Shown: piece after piece, positions 30,945-39,744 of the stretch
Layout of the letters: the number at the start of each line of letters is the position of its first letter
How positions within the stretch are numbered: the stretch's first letter is position 1
IMG/VR virus record: IMGVR_UViG_2740892271_000013
DNA: 45,778 bases
Source: a virus
Lineage: Duplodnaviria; Heunggongvirae; Uroviricota; Caudoviricetes
Reading direction: 5' to 3' (one strand)
The notes under the pieces: model-generated
Told to the model about the DNA's origin: nothing
What the model saw: only the letters and a program-made list of their open reading frames with translations
Databases searched by the model: none
Position numbers and translations under genes: made by a program

Positions 30945-31016
30945 AAACCAGTACCCGGCACTACCTGCTGAGGTGCCATAGGCGACACCCGTTGTTAACT
31001 TATCCATGGATTTCAT
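30945..31016 (-). CDS. Holin (phage 21 S21 pinholin-like), only N-terminal 24 codons visible before the N run
   Basis: [24 protein letters not shown] matches the N-terminus of S21 ([21 protein letters not shown]); GAGGTGG ribosome-binding site; alternative start at 31007. Confidence 0.65.
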
Positions 31017-31051
31017 AACCCCACCTCGCAGATGCGGGTGCTGTGTAATGG

Positions 31052-31077
31052 AAATAAAAAGGCCACCTGACGTGGCC
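31052..31077 (-). terminator. Rho-independent terminator between methyltransferase and holin
   Basis: Stem GGCCAC/GTGGCC, loop, followed on the minus strand by UUUUUAUUU. Confidence 0.6.
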
Positions 31078-31083
31078 ACCAGA

Positions 31084-32136
31084 TTATTTCCCCACCAGCT
31101 CGTTTATCTCTTTCACTGTCTGATTAAACCGCTCTGACTCAAGCTCAACACCTAAGGCCCGACGCCCCAGCGCCATTGCTGCTTTTATTGTGGAACCGGA
31201 TCCCATAAAAAAATCAGCAACCAGATCACCTGGTCGACTACTGGCATTGATTATTTGCCTGAGCATATCCGCCGGTTTCTCACACGGATGTTTCCCCGGG
31301 TAGAACTGAACGGGTTTATGCATCCAGACATCGGTATAAGGCACGGAGACTGATACGGAGAAATAGCGCCGGAGAGATTTAAACTCATCCAGCAATTCAG
31401 AATATTTACGATTCAGTGAATCATAAGATGCCACCAGCTGGTGGTGTGGTTGTTCCAGTTGTTGTTCCTGAAACTTCTCTGCCGCTATACGGGAAAACAG
31501 TGCCTGTAACTTCCGATAGTCAGCCTCATTCGGCAACTGCCACTGACTGGCACCAAACCAGTGGGAAACCATATTTTTCTTACCTGTGGCTTCGGCAATT
31601 TGTTTTGCCGTTATACCCAGTTCGGCACGAGCATCCCTGAAATACGATATCAGCGGTGCCATTATGTGCTGTTTGAGTTCCCTTTCTTTTGCCGCATAGC
31701 CGTCACTTTTGCCGCGATATGGCCCCTGGTAATGTTCAGCAAACAGAACGCGCTCTGTGGCAGGAAAATATGCGCGCAGACTTTCTTTATTACACCCATT
31801 CCAACGTCCGGACGGCTTCGCCCAGATGATATGGTTAAGCACGTTGAAACGTTCACGCATCATGATCTCAATATCAGATGCCAGGCGATGCCCACAGAAC
31901 AGGTAAAGGCTTCCGGCAGGTTTCAACACCCGCCAGAACTGGGCCAGACAGTGGTCCAGCCACTTAAGGTAATCTTCGTCCCCTTTCCACTGATTGTCCC
32001 AACCGTTGGGTTTCACCTTGAAGTAAGGCGGATCGGTAACAATCAGGTCAATGGAATCATCAGGCAGGGACTGAATAAAATGCAGGCAATCAGCGTTGAT
32101 TAAATCAACACTGTTTATTTTTACAGTATTTTTCAT
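31084..32136 (-). CDS. DNA methyltransferase (N6-adenine/N4-cytosine, DPPY motif, permuted beta-class)
   Basis: 350 aa; IVTDPPYF (motif IV) near the N-terminus and [12 protein letters not shown] (AdoMet motif I) near the C-terminus; no adjacent restriction endonuclease gene. Confidence 0.8.
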
Positions 32137-32286
32137 GGATCAGTAAGCGTAACTCTGGTAGGCTCACTCTGCTTTTGCGCTAAAGCAGTGGGCCGTGGTT
32201 CGCTTGTGACCAGTAAGCATGAGCGAATGGCTGGCAGGTGCTACCAACACCCACCAGCCGCCCATTTTCACAGCAGGAAACCGCCA

Positions 32287-32514
32287 TTACTGGCAGCGTC
32301 TGAATTTATTCCCGTACCCGCCGTTATCCTTCGCCAGACCCGCCAGAACTAACTGAGTCAGTATTAACTGGCACCGGGCTTCGCTTACTCCGGTAGTTCT
32401 CGTCATCATGCGTGGCGTTACCCACTTGTCAGCAGGTAAGAAATGAAGGACTGCGGCGGCGGTTTCTGTCATATCTTGCTGTTTTAGCATGTCTTTTTCC
32501 CTTCTGGTTAACAT
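32287..32514 (-). CDS. Hypothetical small phage protein
   Basis: 75-aa ORF with possible helix-turn-helix-like stretch; no recognised family. Confidence 0.35.
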   Translation of the reverse strand: MLTRREKDMLKQQDMTETAAAVLHFLPADKWVTPRMMTRTTGVSEARCQLILTQLVLAGLAKDNGGYGNKFRRCQ

Positions 32515-32610
32515 GACATACCAATAACTCTTGTCTAAAAAGCCAGCAAGATAAAAAGTCAGTATTCACGACCACCAGCGTGTTTACTGTACTGCACCAA
32601 GTTTACGGGT

Positions 32611-32636
32611 ACAAAAAACCCGCTCAGTGGCGGGTT
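32611..32636 (-). terminator. Rho-independent terminator downstream of the lipoprotein moron
   Basis: Stem AACCCGC/GCGGGTT with loop, followed on the minus strand by UUUUUUGU. Confidence 0.6.
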
Positions 32637-32713
32637 GCTATCACAGCTATATATTTACTTATTATGCCGTTACTAACATTTATCTTCGACATATAATCGA
32701 AAACAAGGTTTGC

Positions 32714-33139
32714 TTAAAACTCTGCTTTCATTTTATCCGGGAATTTTTTATTTGCAGCATAATAACTACCAAGTACATAAGCGTTCATTTGCTGCTCTAC
32801 ATCAACCCGACATGCCGCACTAGAACAAGCTCCACTGATAAGCCCAAAAGAACTCCCTTTAGCAGAGAGATCAGCTTTGATTTCCTCTACAGTGTTTTTC
32901 CCCATAGCAACTACACACCCTGTCACAATATATCTAGCTTTCACATCATCCATGCTAAGGATAGTAGTTTTCGCAATTTTGCTGTATCCATCATTTTTAT
33001 AAACATCCATGGCAAACGCACGGCAATCTGTATAATACGGACTTGCTTTAACTTGCGAATACTCAGGTAATTTCATACCTGCACAACCAACTAAACAAAA
33101 ACCTATCGCTGCTATTAATACCTTTTTCATTACAGTCAT
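32714..33139 (-). CDS. Lipoprotein (moron) with signal peptide and lipobox
   Basis: MTVMKKVLIAAIGFCLVGCAG (lipobox LVGC); AT-rich gene bracketed by two near-identical terminator hairpins; start could be 33130. Confidence 0.65.
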   Translation of the reverse strand: MTVMKKVLIAAIGFCLVGCAGMKLPEYSQVKASPYYTDCRAFAMDVYKNDGYSKIAKTTILSMDDVKARYIVTGCVVAMGKNTVEEIKADLSAKGSSFGLISGACSSAACRVDVEQQMNAYVLGSYYAANKKFPDKMKAEF

Positions 33140-33286
33140 AACCTAGAAGCATCATTGAAACTAATTTATTAAATAACCATCGAGTTTCTGGAATACAGAC
33201 GTTAACCATCTCTCCAAAATCTAAAAGATAATAAGAAAAAATGTTTAACGCACCAATCCATTTCATAGTTTCATGAGACATCAGGC

Positions 33287-33316
33287 ACAAAAAACCCGCT
33301 CAGCGGCGGGTTTTTG
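33287..33316. terminator. Bidirectional terminator, tR'-like, just downstream of the candidate late promoter
   Basis: AAAAAA-CCCGC-tcagcg-GCGGG-TTTTT; A-run and T-run on both sides. Confidence 0.6.
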
Positions 33317-33358
33317 ACATTTACCAACGGTAGACATACAAGGCCCATCGTTGAGAAA

Positions 33359-33388
33359 ATCTTATCCATATTTTTTGAAAAATGCAAG
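33359..33388 (-). promoter_or_regulatory. Candidate late promoter (pR'-like) downstream of Q
   Basis: Minus strand TTGCAT-N18-TAAGAT between Q stop and the terminator at 33287-33316. Confidence 0.4.
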
Positions 33389-33418
33389 TATCACGTCGAC
33401 ATCTTCGGCGAAAATTAT

Positions 33419-34171
33419 CTATCTTGTCACTTTTCTCAATTGCGATTCAGCATACGCTTCTTCCTGCCAGCACTTTGTAACCAGTTTATTAATAACGTCT
33501 GCATATCCTTTGTACCACTGATAATCCGTCAGGTCCGGTACCAGTTTCTGGACATGATGCCGCGCCAGTGTGGTTGGTAAACGGCTAAACCGGTTGCCAT
33601 TGCAACGCCCACAAATCTTATAAACAGGCACACCATGAAGCCGGGTTCTTTTTTCATCCAGGACAATACCTTTACCCTTACACCCTCTGCACGCTGTGCT
33701 GACTTCTCCCTTACCATGGCAATGCTGACATAGTTCCTTCACCCACTCTTCCTTGATAACAGATTCCCCGCTTCTGGAGTGTTTCACCACTTCGCGCAAT
33801 ACATTATGAAATCCAGTACCAGCACAATGCTCACAGCGAGCCTTACTTGCCGCAGACCTGGAATAATCAGCAAAGGCAAAATTCACAAGGTAAGGGATGA
33901 TCTGTAACCGGGTTTCTTCACTCAATTTGTTCAATGTCGGGTTATCCAGTGCCATCGCGTAATTGAGCAGACCTTCAATCGCAAATTGAGGATCCTGAAC
34001 ACCAACTTTTGCCAGGAATAAGGCAAACCCAAGCGGTGCTTTCGACTGCACCATCCCCTGCGCAGCCATCACATCCGTAATCGTTAAACCACCTGAGCCT
34101 GTCGCCGGTGCGTCATCGCTCAATTTTGGAGATTTTGGGGAGTAATATTTTGGTAAGGCTTCAAGGTTCAT
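33419..34171 (-). CDS. Late-gene antitermination protein Q
   Basis: About 250 aa from the Met preceded by GGAG; Cys-rich zinc-finger segments (CEHCAGTG, CQHCHGKG, CRGCKGKG, CGRCNG) as in the phage antiterminator Q family; position upstream of the lysis cassette. Confidence 0.7.
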   Translation of the reverse strand: MNLEALPKYYSPKSPKLSDDAPATGSGGLTITDVMAAQGMVQSKAPLGFALFLAKVGVQDPQFAIEGLLNYAMALDNPTLNKLSEETRLQIIPYLVNFAFADYSRSAASKARCEHCAGTGFHNVLREVVKHSRSGESVIKEEWVKELCQHCHGKGEVSTACRGCKGKGIVLDEKRTRLHGVPVYKICGRCNGNRFSRLPTTLARHHVQKLVPDLTDYQWYKGYADVINKLVTKCWQEEAYAESQLRKVTR

Positions 34172-34184
34172 GCTCGTTCTCCAC

Positions 34185-35180
34185 TTACGCCAATACGCCA
34201 ATTGCCAGCGCACGATCGATAAAACGAAATATCAGCTCCAGCTGGGAGCCATACTTCTCTTCAAATGCCACGGTATCCGCATGCAGCTCGTCGTGATGCT
34301 TTCTGCACAAAGGCAACACAAAGAGGTCATGCGCTTTTGTACCCATTCCACCCTGACCGTGGCCTATCAGGTGGTGGGGATCATCAGCAGGCTTTCCACA
34401 ACATGCACACGGCTGTGTCTTAACCCAGCGCGTGTACTTTTCATTAACCCAGCGGCGGCGTTTTGGGCGTAACATAAAAGACTCCGGCGACTCCGGATCC
34501 ACTTTCAGCGCCAGCACCTTTTTTGCCTTATCCTGGATGATGCTGGTGGCAGGAACCGAAGGCACAAGGTCACTTTCCCGGGTGACAGACGGCACAACAG
34601 GCTTTGGTAATCTCAGTGCCTTACGGGCTGCACTTTCCGGTAAGGCATCCGCCAGGTCATTACGAATCAGCCACCAGCACAGTTCCGGCATTGTCACAAC
34701 GTGACTATCATCAAAACCGAGATCCCGACGCACAACAGACAACACCCAGCGGGCACAGTTATCCGTTGCCATTGATTCCAGCCGTTCCGTGAACTGATCG
34801 CGCAGCTGGTTATCGCAGTGCCAGCACAGACGGATTGCGCCCGGAGCGTGTCGCATTGTGGTCATGTTCTCGCTGTGCCAGTCGGAATGAGGCCACTGGC
34901 AGCCTTTTTCACGAAGTAACCAGCTTTCAAGACATTCCACGCCACCAGCACGACGGATCACTGCCTCATTGCGGAACACGGCCCGAACGGCAGGATCATC
35001 CGCCAGCGGTTGTGATGCCGCCGGAACGGCACCACTGGCGAAAGATGAATAACGTTCCGGCTCAGGCTCCAGCAGAACACGCCCCTGCATAAACAGGGGC
35101 ATCAGCTCTGAACCTGGCCTGAACAATACGATCCCCATACGCGGGGCAATTTCAGGGGTCAGTAGTGCTCTCACGGTCAC
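34185..35180 (-). CDS. DUF968-family protein (YdfU-like) with HNH-like C-terminus
   Basis: 331 aa; C-terminal CACCGKPADDPHHLIGHGQGGMGTKAHDLFVLPLCRKHHDELH; typical nin-region neighbour of rusA and Q. Confidence 0.6.
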   Translation of the reverse strand: MTVRALLTPEIAPRMGIVLFRPGSELMPLFMQGRVLLEPEPERYSSFASGAVPAASQPLADDPAVRAVFRNEAVIRRAGGVECLESWLLREKGCQWPHSDWHSENMTTMRHAPGAIRLCWHCDNQLRDQFTERLESMATDNCARWVLSVVRRDLGFDDSHVVTMPELCWWLIRNDLADALPESAARKALRLPKPVVPSVTRESDLVPSVPATSIIQDKAKKVLALKVDPESPESFMLRPKRRRWVNEKYTRWVKTQPCACCGKPADDPHHLIGHGQGGMGTKAHDLFVLPLCRKHHDELHADTVAFEEKYGSQLELIFRFIDRALAIGVLA

Positions 35181-35181
35181 C

Positions 35182-35991
35182 TCAATGAACGGTATCGAGC
35201 AGCTTTAACAGCTCAGGGAATCGGGATTCGAAGAAATGCGGCTGCGTCTCGCGCGGATTTGCAGGACTGGTGATGTTCTTGCCGAACATGCAGCCTTTCG
35301 CCGTCAGCGACCAGAATTTTTTGATGTTGTTAATCGCGGTACGGCTGTATCGTTCGCGTTGTTCAACGATCCCCAGCTTCACCATCTGGTGATATGCCTG
35401 ATTAGCCGTCAGGCGGATACCATACTGCTTCAGCAGTGCACTCAGCGACAGCGTGGGGCGACTTGAGCCATCAGGCGCGTCAGCAGGAGCATCAATGGCA
35501 TAGCGCGGTGCCAGATTCGGTAAGCCAACAGCCTCCTGAAGCTTCTGACAGGCTCCAAGCACTGATGAGTTAGACAGATTTAATTCCCGGCGCATAAAGT
35601 CCAGCAGGATCACGCCAGCCTGCATCTTGTCAGCAGCCTGTCCGGATAATTTTTCCGGTGCGCTGGTTACCATGTCGAAAGTACGGATCACCTTCAGATG
35701 GAATGACGGGCTGATCCACATTGCATAGGCATACACCAGTTCTTTGCAGACATACGTCCCCTGGTTATTTCCGCCATTAATGACGCTAACTGGTTGATTT
35801 TGTTCCAGAGGCGGAATTCCACCCTCGGTGAAAAGTTGTTCAATCAATTCACAGGTTTGCTTATTGGAGAGCCAGTATTTCGGGCGGTTTTTTTGTTCTC
35901 CCCCGGCTGCCCTGTGCAGATCGTTCAGGCTGTAACGCCCATAAGCATCACGACGAACTTCAATACCATCAATGACCATCAGATTATTCAT
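35182..35991 (-). CDS. KilA-N domain protein (antirepressor-like)
   Basis: Start MNNLMVIDGIEV preceded by AAGAGGAG; KilA-N-like pattern GIEVRRDAYGRYSLNDL...GTYVCKELVYAYAMWISPSFHLKVI. Confidence 0.55.
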   Translation of the reverse strand: MNNLMVIDGIEVRRDAYGRYSLNDLHRAAGGEQKNRPKYWLSNKQTCELIEQLFTEGGIPPLEQNQPVSVINGGNNQGTYVCKELVYAYAMWISPSFHLKVIRTFDMVTSAPEKLSGQAADKMQAGVILLDFMRRELNLSNSSVLGACQKLQEAVGLPNLAPRYAIDAPADAPDGSSRPTLSLSALLKQYGIRLTANQAYHQMVKLGIVEQRERYSRTAINNIKKFWSLTAKGCMFGKNITSPANPRETQPHFFESRFPELLKLLDTVH

Positions 35992-36010
35992 ACTTCGTTT
36001 CTCCTCTTGA

Positions 36011-36400
36011 TCAGGCGGCTGCACCCGCCGGTTTCTCATACTTACTGATAGTGATCTCGACCTTCCCTTTCTGGATAACCGGTCCCCACTCCACCAGCAT
36101 TCTTTTCACCTGGCTGTCGTCTTCCCACACCCCCGCGTGGGTCAGGGCGTCAAACAGCGCCTTGTTATAGTTGTCCAGATCGCGGATCCGGTTATCCGGA
36201 GGAAACAACACGATCTCCACTGAAGCAGGTGCCGACGTTGGTTTTGGCAGACGACGTAACTGCTCAACTATTGCTGCGCACGCCGCGCTCTGAAATTTTC
36301 GCCCCGCCGCGCTTATCAGGCTCTTACCAGCAAATGCCCCTTTGTTGGGGTGTCGCCAGTACGTGTTCACGCTGGGCGGGAAAGGCAGGATCAGCTTCAT
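36011..36400 (-). CDS. rusA: Holliday junction resolvase RusA
   Basis: 129 aa; PFPPSVNTYWRH and IRDLDNYNKALFDALTHAGVWEDDSQV match the RusA family. Confidence 0.8.
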   Translation of the reverse strand: MKLILPFPPSVNTYWRHPNKGAFAGKSLISAAGRKFQSAACAAIVEQLRRLPKPTSAPASVEIVLFPPDNRIRDLDNYNKALFDALTHAGVWEDDSQVKRMLVEWGPVIQKGKVEITISKYEKPAGAAA

Positions 36401-36723
36401 ACTTTCAGGCCTCTCTCATGTAACCAGTGGGTTGCACGCAGCCTGGCGTTTTCCTCACCGGCAAGCAGTGAGCGGATAATCCCGACCGCCTCGCTGTCGT
36501 CGTCCTTCACCGCGGTATGAAGAGTGATACCCCGGGCCATGCCACGCTTTATCGTGATGACGCCTTTTTTCTCCAGTGCGCGAAGATGTTCCACCGCTGC
36601 ATTCACTGAACGGTATCCCAGCATGGTTGCCACCTCCTGATTGGTTGGCGGGAAGCCACGTTCTTTCTGGTAAGAAATCAGCATATCCAGCACCTGCTGC
36701 TGGCATTGAGTTAACGTCGTCAT
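36397..36723 (-). CDS. Winged-helix DNA-binding protein with LexA-type N-terminal domain
   Basis: 108 aa; LTQCQQQVLDMLISYQKERGFPPTNQEVATMLGYRSVNAAVEHLRALEKKGVI resembles the LexA DNA-binding domain; no peptidase domain. Confidence 0.55.
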   Translation of the reverse strand: MTTLTQCQQQVLDMLISYQKERGFPPTNQEVATMLGYRSVNAAVEHLRALEKKGVITIKRGMARGITLHTAVKDDDSEAVGIIRSLLAGEENARLRATHWLHERGLKV

Positions 36724-37373
36724 GCCGCCATCTCCCTGACCAGTTTTTCCGCCTGCTGGCGAACCTGCGCCAGAAACGCCTCACCACATGCCTCAAGTTC
36801 ATCGCGCCCGATGTAGCTGATTGCCGGTCCCTTCCAGGTCTTGTCGAAAACAGCAATAGCACCAGCGAAGAAAGCGCCTGTCGGCACCTGCTTCTCGTCC
36901 TTCGGGATAAACCAGGCAGGCAGTTCAAAACCAATACGCCCGCGAATAAAAGCAATATGATCTGCATCTTCCGGCCACCACACTTCGCTGGTGGCAGCTT
37001 TGATCAGGAAAACATAGCGTCCGCCCTTATCACGCATGGCACTGGCATGTTTCATGATGTAACGCATGCCGGTGATGTATTGCCCTTCATGCTGACTGGC
37101 GCGGCTGTACGGGGGATTACCAAAGGCAGCACCTTTAAGCTCCGCAAGACGTTCAGACCAGTCATGCGCCAGCGCGTTGTCTTCCGCAGTGTAATAAGCG
37201 GCACATTTGGCGTTATCACCATCAGTGAACAGATCCAGAACAAACGGGCCAAACAGGGTGTTAATTCCCCAGAAAATGTTATCCGGCGTGCGCCACTGAT
37301 CGCCCACTTCCTTCAGTTCATGGGCTGGTTTGTTCCGCAGCTCCACCAGCGCCTGGCAATATTTATTACTCAT
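36720..37373 (-). CDS. Phage N6-adenine DNA methyltransferase (Dam-like)
   Basis: 217 aa from the internal Met; GNPPYS catalytic motif; ATGA overlap with upstream gene. Confidence 0.75.
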   Translation of the reverse strand: MSNKYCQALVELRNKPAHELKEVGDQWRTPDNIFWGINTLFGPFVLDLFTDGDNAKCAAYYTAEDNALAHDWSERLAELKGAAFGNPPYSRASQHEGQYITGMRYIMKHASAMRDKGGRYVFLIKAATSEVWWPEDADHIAFIRGRIGFELPAWFIPKDEKQVPTGAFFAGAIAVFDKTWKGPAISYIGRDELEACGEAFLAQVRQQAEKLVREMAA

Positions 37374-37867
37374 TAAGCCCCCACGTAATTCCCTGACAGA
37401 TACCACTCTTCACCCGATGCAGCGCGCTTGCTGCTTTTCCGTAAGCACCGCTCACGACGCGCCAGAAAATTGTTTCGTTCTGGCTGGGAGTGGCTTTCAC
37501 GGAATGCCGCCATCCACACCGTTGCAGCACGACGGTATAAGCCCCTGGACTCCAGTTCTTCCGCCTGGCGGGTCAGGCACAAAATCACCCGGGGATCGTT
37601 AGTGCCGACATAGAAATTGCGCACAGGTCTGGTTTCACGAACTGGTTGTGGTTCCGGCTCCTGCGCTCTCTCAGTCAGGCGTGGGAAATGTCTGCGTGTA
37701 TCTCCTTCATAACGGTGAGCCACACGCCCACTCTGACGTAACTTGCTTGCTGACTGCAGAACGCGCTGCCGTGAGTAACCTGCAAAAGCATCCGCAATGT
37801 CTCCGGAAGTACACCCCGGATGGGCTTCAATGAATTTCTGAACTTCATTCAAAAGACTCATGATCAC
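37373..37867 (-). CDS. Hypothetical protein, possible winged-helix regulator
   Basis: 164-aa ORF translationally coupled on both sides; Arg-rich C-terminal half; family not recognised. Confidence 0.4.
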   Translation of the reverse strand: MIMSLLNEVQKFIEAHPGCTSGDIADAFAGYSRQRVLQSASKLRQSGRVAHRYEGDTRRHFPRLTERAQEPEPQPVRETRPVRNFYVGTNDPRVILCLTRQAEELESRGLYRRAATVWMAAFRESHSQPERNNFLARRERCLRKSSKRAASGEEWYLSGNYVGA

Positions 37868-38682
37868 CCCCTGAATCCTGCCGGGATCTGGCTGTAGTCC
37901 ACGTTGTCGTAACTGGCTTTGAAGTACGGGTCCTCGCGTCTGGCTGCAGATACCGCAGGAACTTCCCAGAATTCTTCGAAATGACGATCCGGACCAAAGA
38001 ACGTGACAGCCTGTTTCACAAATTGTGTGCCGCTGTTACCCATCGCAGATACCCATCCCGCGTAGCGTTTCACACCTTCCAGCATGGTTTCGGGGTTTAC
38101 TCCCTCATTCAAACGGGCTTTCCAGGCTTTGAAGGCTGCAGATTTTGAATTGCCACCAGCACGTTTGGGATATGCCAGCCATGCCTGCTCAAACTCCGGA
38201 GAGTATTCCGGTCGGTTTGAACGAACTCGCACGGACTCATCAACTGATGCACCAACAGCTATTGGTTCATTGACTGGTTCTTTGACTGGTTCAAAAGAGT
38301 GACTGGTTCTGGGTGAATCTCCTGCACTACCCCCTGGTGCAACTCCTGCACTACCTGGTGAATTTGCTGCACCAGATAGTGAATTATTTGCACTACCCCC
38401 TAGTGAATCTCCTGCACCATCCAGATGAAGGAGATAGATATTACTTGAGTTACCTTTTTCACCTTTCCGGGTGACTTTTTTTACCAGCCCGGACTCACAA
38501 AGGGCCGCAATATGATTCATCACAGAACGTTTGCTAATTTCGCACTGGTCAGCAATATGCTGGTAGCTGGGCCAGCACTCACCCTGATCGCTGGCATTAT
38601 CAGCCAGCTTGATCAGAACCAGTTTTCGCAATGGATTACCCACTCGAATTTTCATCGCTTTAACCATCAGCTCCATACTCAT
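37864..38682 (-). CDS. Replication initiation / replisome organiser protein (O-like)
   Basis: 272 aa; N-terminal helix-turn-helix (WPSYQHIADQCEISKRSVMNHIAALCESGLV), Gly/Ser-rich linker encoded by DNA iterons, C-terminal domain. Confidence 0.65.
   Translation of the reverse strand: MSMELMVKAMKIRVGNPLRKLVLIKLADNASDQGECWPSYQHIADQCEISKRSVMNHIAALCESGLVKKVTRKGEKGNSSNIYLLHLDGAGDSLGGSANNSLSGAANSPGSAGVAPGGSAGDSPRTSHSFEPVKEPVNEPIAVGASVDESVRVRSNRPEYSPEFEQAWLAYPKRAGGNSKSAAFKAWKARLNEGVNPETMLEGVKRYAGWVSAMGNSGTQFVKQAVTFFGPDRHFEEFWEVPAVSAARREDPYFKASYDNVDYSQIPAGFRG
38261..38422. repeat. Candidate origin of replication iterons inside the O-like gene
   Basis: Three copies of TGACTGGTTC (38271, 38283, 38300) and five tandem 21-24-bp repeats of type GTGAATnTnCTGCACnACC (38313-38422). 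Confidence 0.5.
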
Positions 38683-38915
38683 GCTGCACCTCCGAGATGC
38701 TTCATGTTTTTTCCGGAGCGAAAGGCTATAAGCGGCATACTGACGCGGTAATTACGGCCCAGCGGTTCACAAATCACCTTCTGGCATTCACGGTCAACCA
38801 GGCTAACACGTAGAACATGCCCTGCAGGCGTGGTGTACCACTGCCCAACTGTAGGAATTGATATTTTTTTACGCTGAAGCAAACGGCAAATATTGAGGAT
38901 CAACGGATTAAGCAT
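38679..38915 (-). CDS. Hypothetical small protein
   Basis: 78-aa ORF overlapping both neighbours by a few nt. Confidence 0.35.
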   Translation of the reverse strand: MLNPLILNICRLLQRKKISIPTVGQWYTTPAGHVLRVSLVDRECQKVICEPLGRNYRVSMPLIAFRSGKNMKHLGGAA

Positions 38916-39744
38916 GACGATGCCCTCCGCTGATATTCAGGAGACGGTGAATATGAAAATTAGCCTTATCCGCCAGACGAATACGTTCAGCTTGCAAGTT
39001 AAGAAGGGTTTCTACCAGAACCTGATGTGCCTGCGGATCCGAAAGAGTTACCTTGCGCAGAGCACGTAGTGCAGTTGTTACATAACTGAGTTTATGTAAG
39101 TCTTCATCATTCAGACGAGTGAGGGCTGGGACAGTAGCCATGATGGCAGCCTCCTTGATCGGTGAAATACTTCCACCACCGGAAACGCCAATTTCGCTGG
39201 TGGTGAACTGAACGGGGTTGGCGTAACCGGTGATCAAGGAAACCGGCGCATCTTTCGATGCCCCCGCCCAGCCCACCATAACTTTGATGTGAGCAAATGC
39301 GGACGATAAAAAAGACGCTGGCGCGTCATATATCGCCTTGATCAATTCCAGGACGCCAATCCCGGCACCCGCTTTATAAGGTGCCTGAACAGTGTAACGT
39401 CCCGGAATGGCAGAATCAATGTGCTGGTGGTCCTTCACACTCAACAAAATCACGCCTGAATTTCCACAAAGGACTAAAGCACTCATGCGGGTAGTCTTTG
39501 CGAAGATAGATAACGCGCTGTGTTTCTGGCTCCCAACGAATAACATGAACATAAAGTCCTCTTCCGTCACGAAACCAGCGGTTAAGTTCCTGCACAACTC
39601 GCCCCCCACAGTCAGGTAAAGTTCTCTGTGGTTACTTACAGCCAGGTGATTTGGTAATCTGCATTCATGCCGTAACAACAGGTGTTCAGCGACGCTGACC
39701 ACCAGCTGTTGCGACAAACGGTTATTTGCCGTTAAACTGTTCAT
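38908..39744 (-). CDS. Hypothetical protein of unknown family in the early-right operon
   Basis: 278-aa ORF between cII-like and O-like genes; Gly-rich segments (AGAGIGV, SGGGS); no recognised motif. Confidence 0.45.
   Translation of the reverse strand: MNSLTANNRLSQQLVVSVAEHLLLRHECRLPNHLAVSNHRELYLTVGGELCRNLTAGFVTEEDFMFMLFVGSQKHSALSIFAKTTRMSALVLCGNSGVILLSVKDHQHIDSAIPGRYTVQAPYKAGAGIGVLELIKAIYDAPASFLSSAFAHIKVMVGWAGASKDAPVSLITGYANPVQFTTSEIGVSGGGSISPIKEAAIMATVPALTRLNDEDLHKLSYVTTALRALRKVTLSDPQAHQVLVETLLNLQAERIRLADKANFHIHRLLNISGGHRHA

Noticed and set aside
33063-33290. 75-aa minus-strand ORF upstream of and overlapping the lipoprotein start
   Set aside because: Overlaps the lipoprotein start in another frame, is very AT-rich and lacks a ribosome-binding site; probably promoter or leader DNA of the moron.
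38313-38422. CRISPR-like array (tandem ~21-24 bp repeats)
   Set aside because: The repeats are degenerate and contiguous without unique spacers, lie inside an ORF and translate into its Gly/Ser linker; ori iterons fit better. No cas genes are present.
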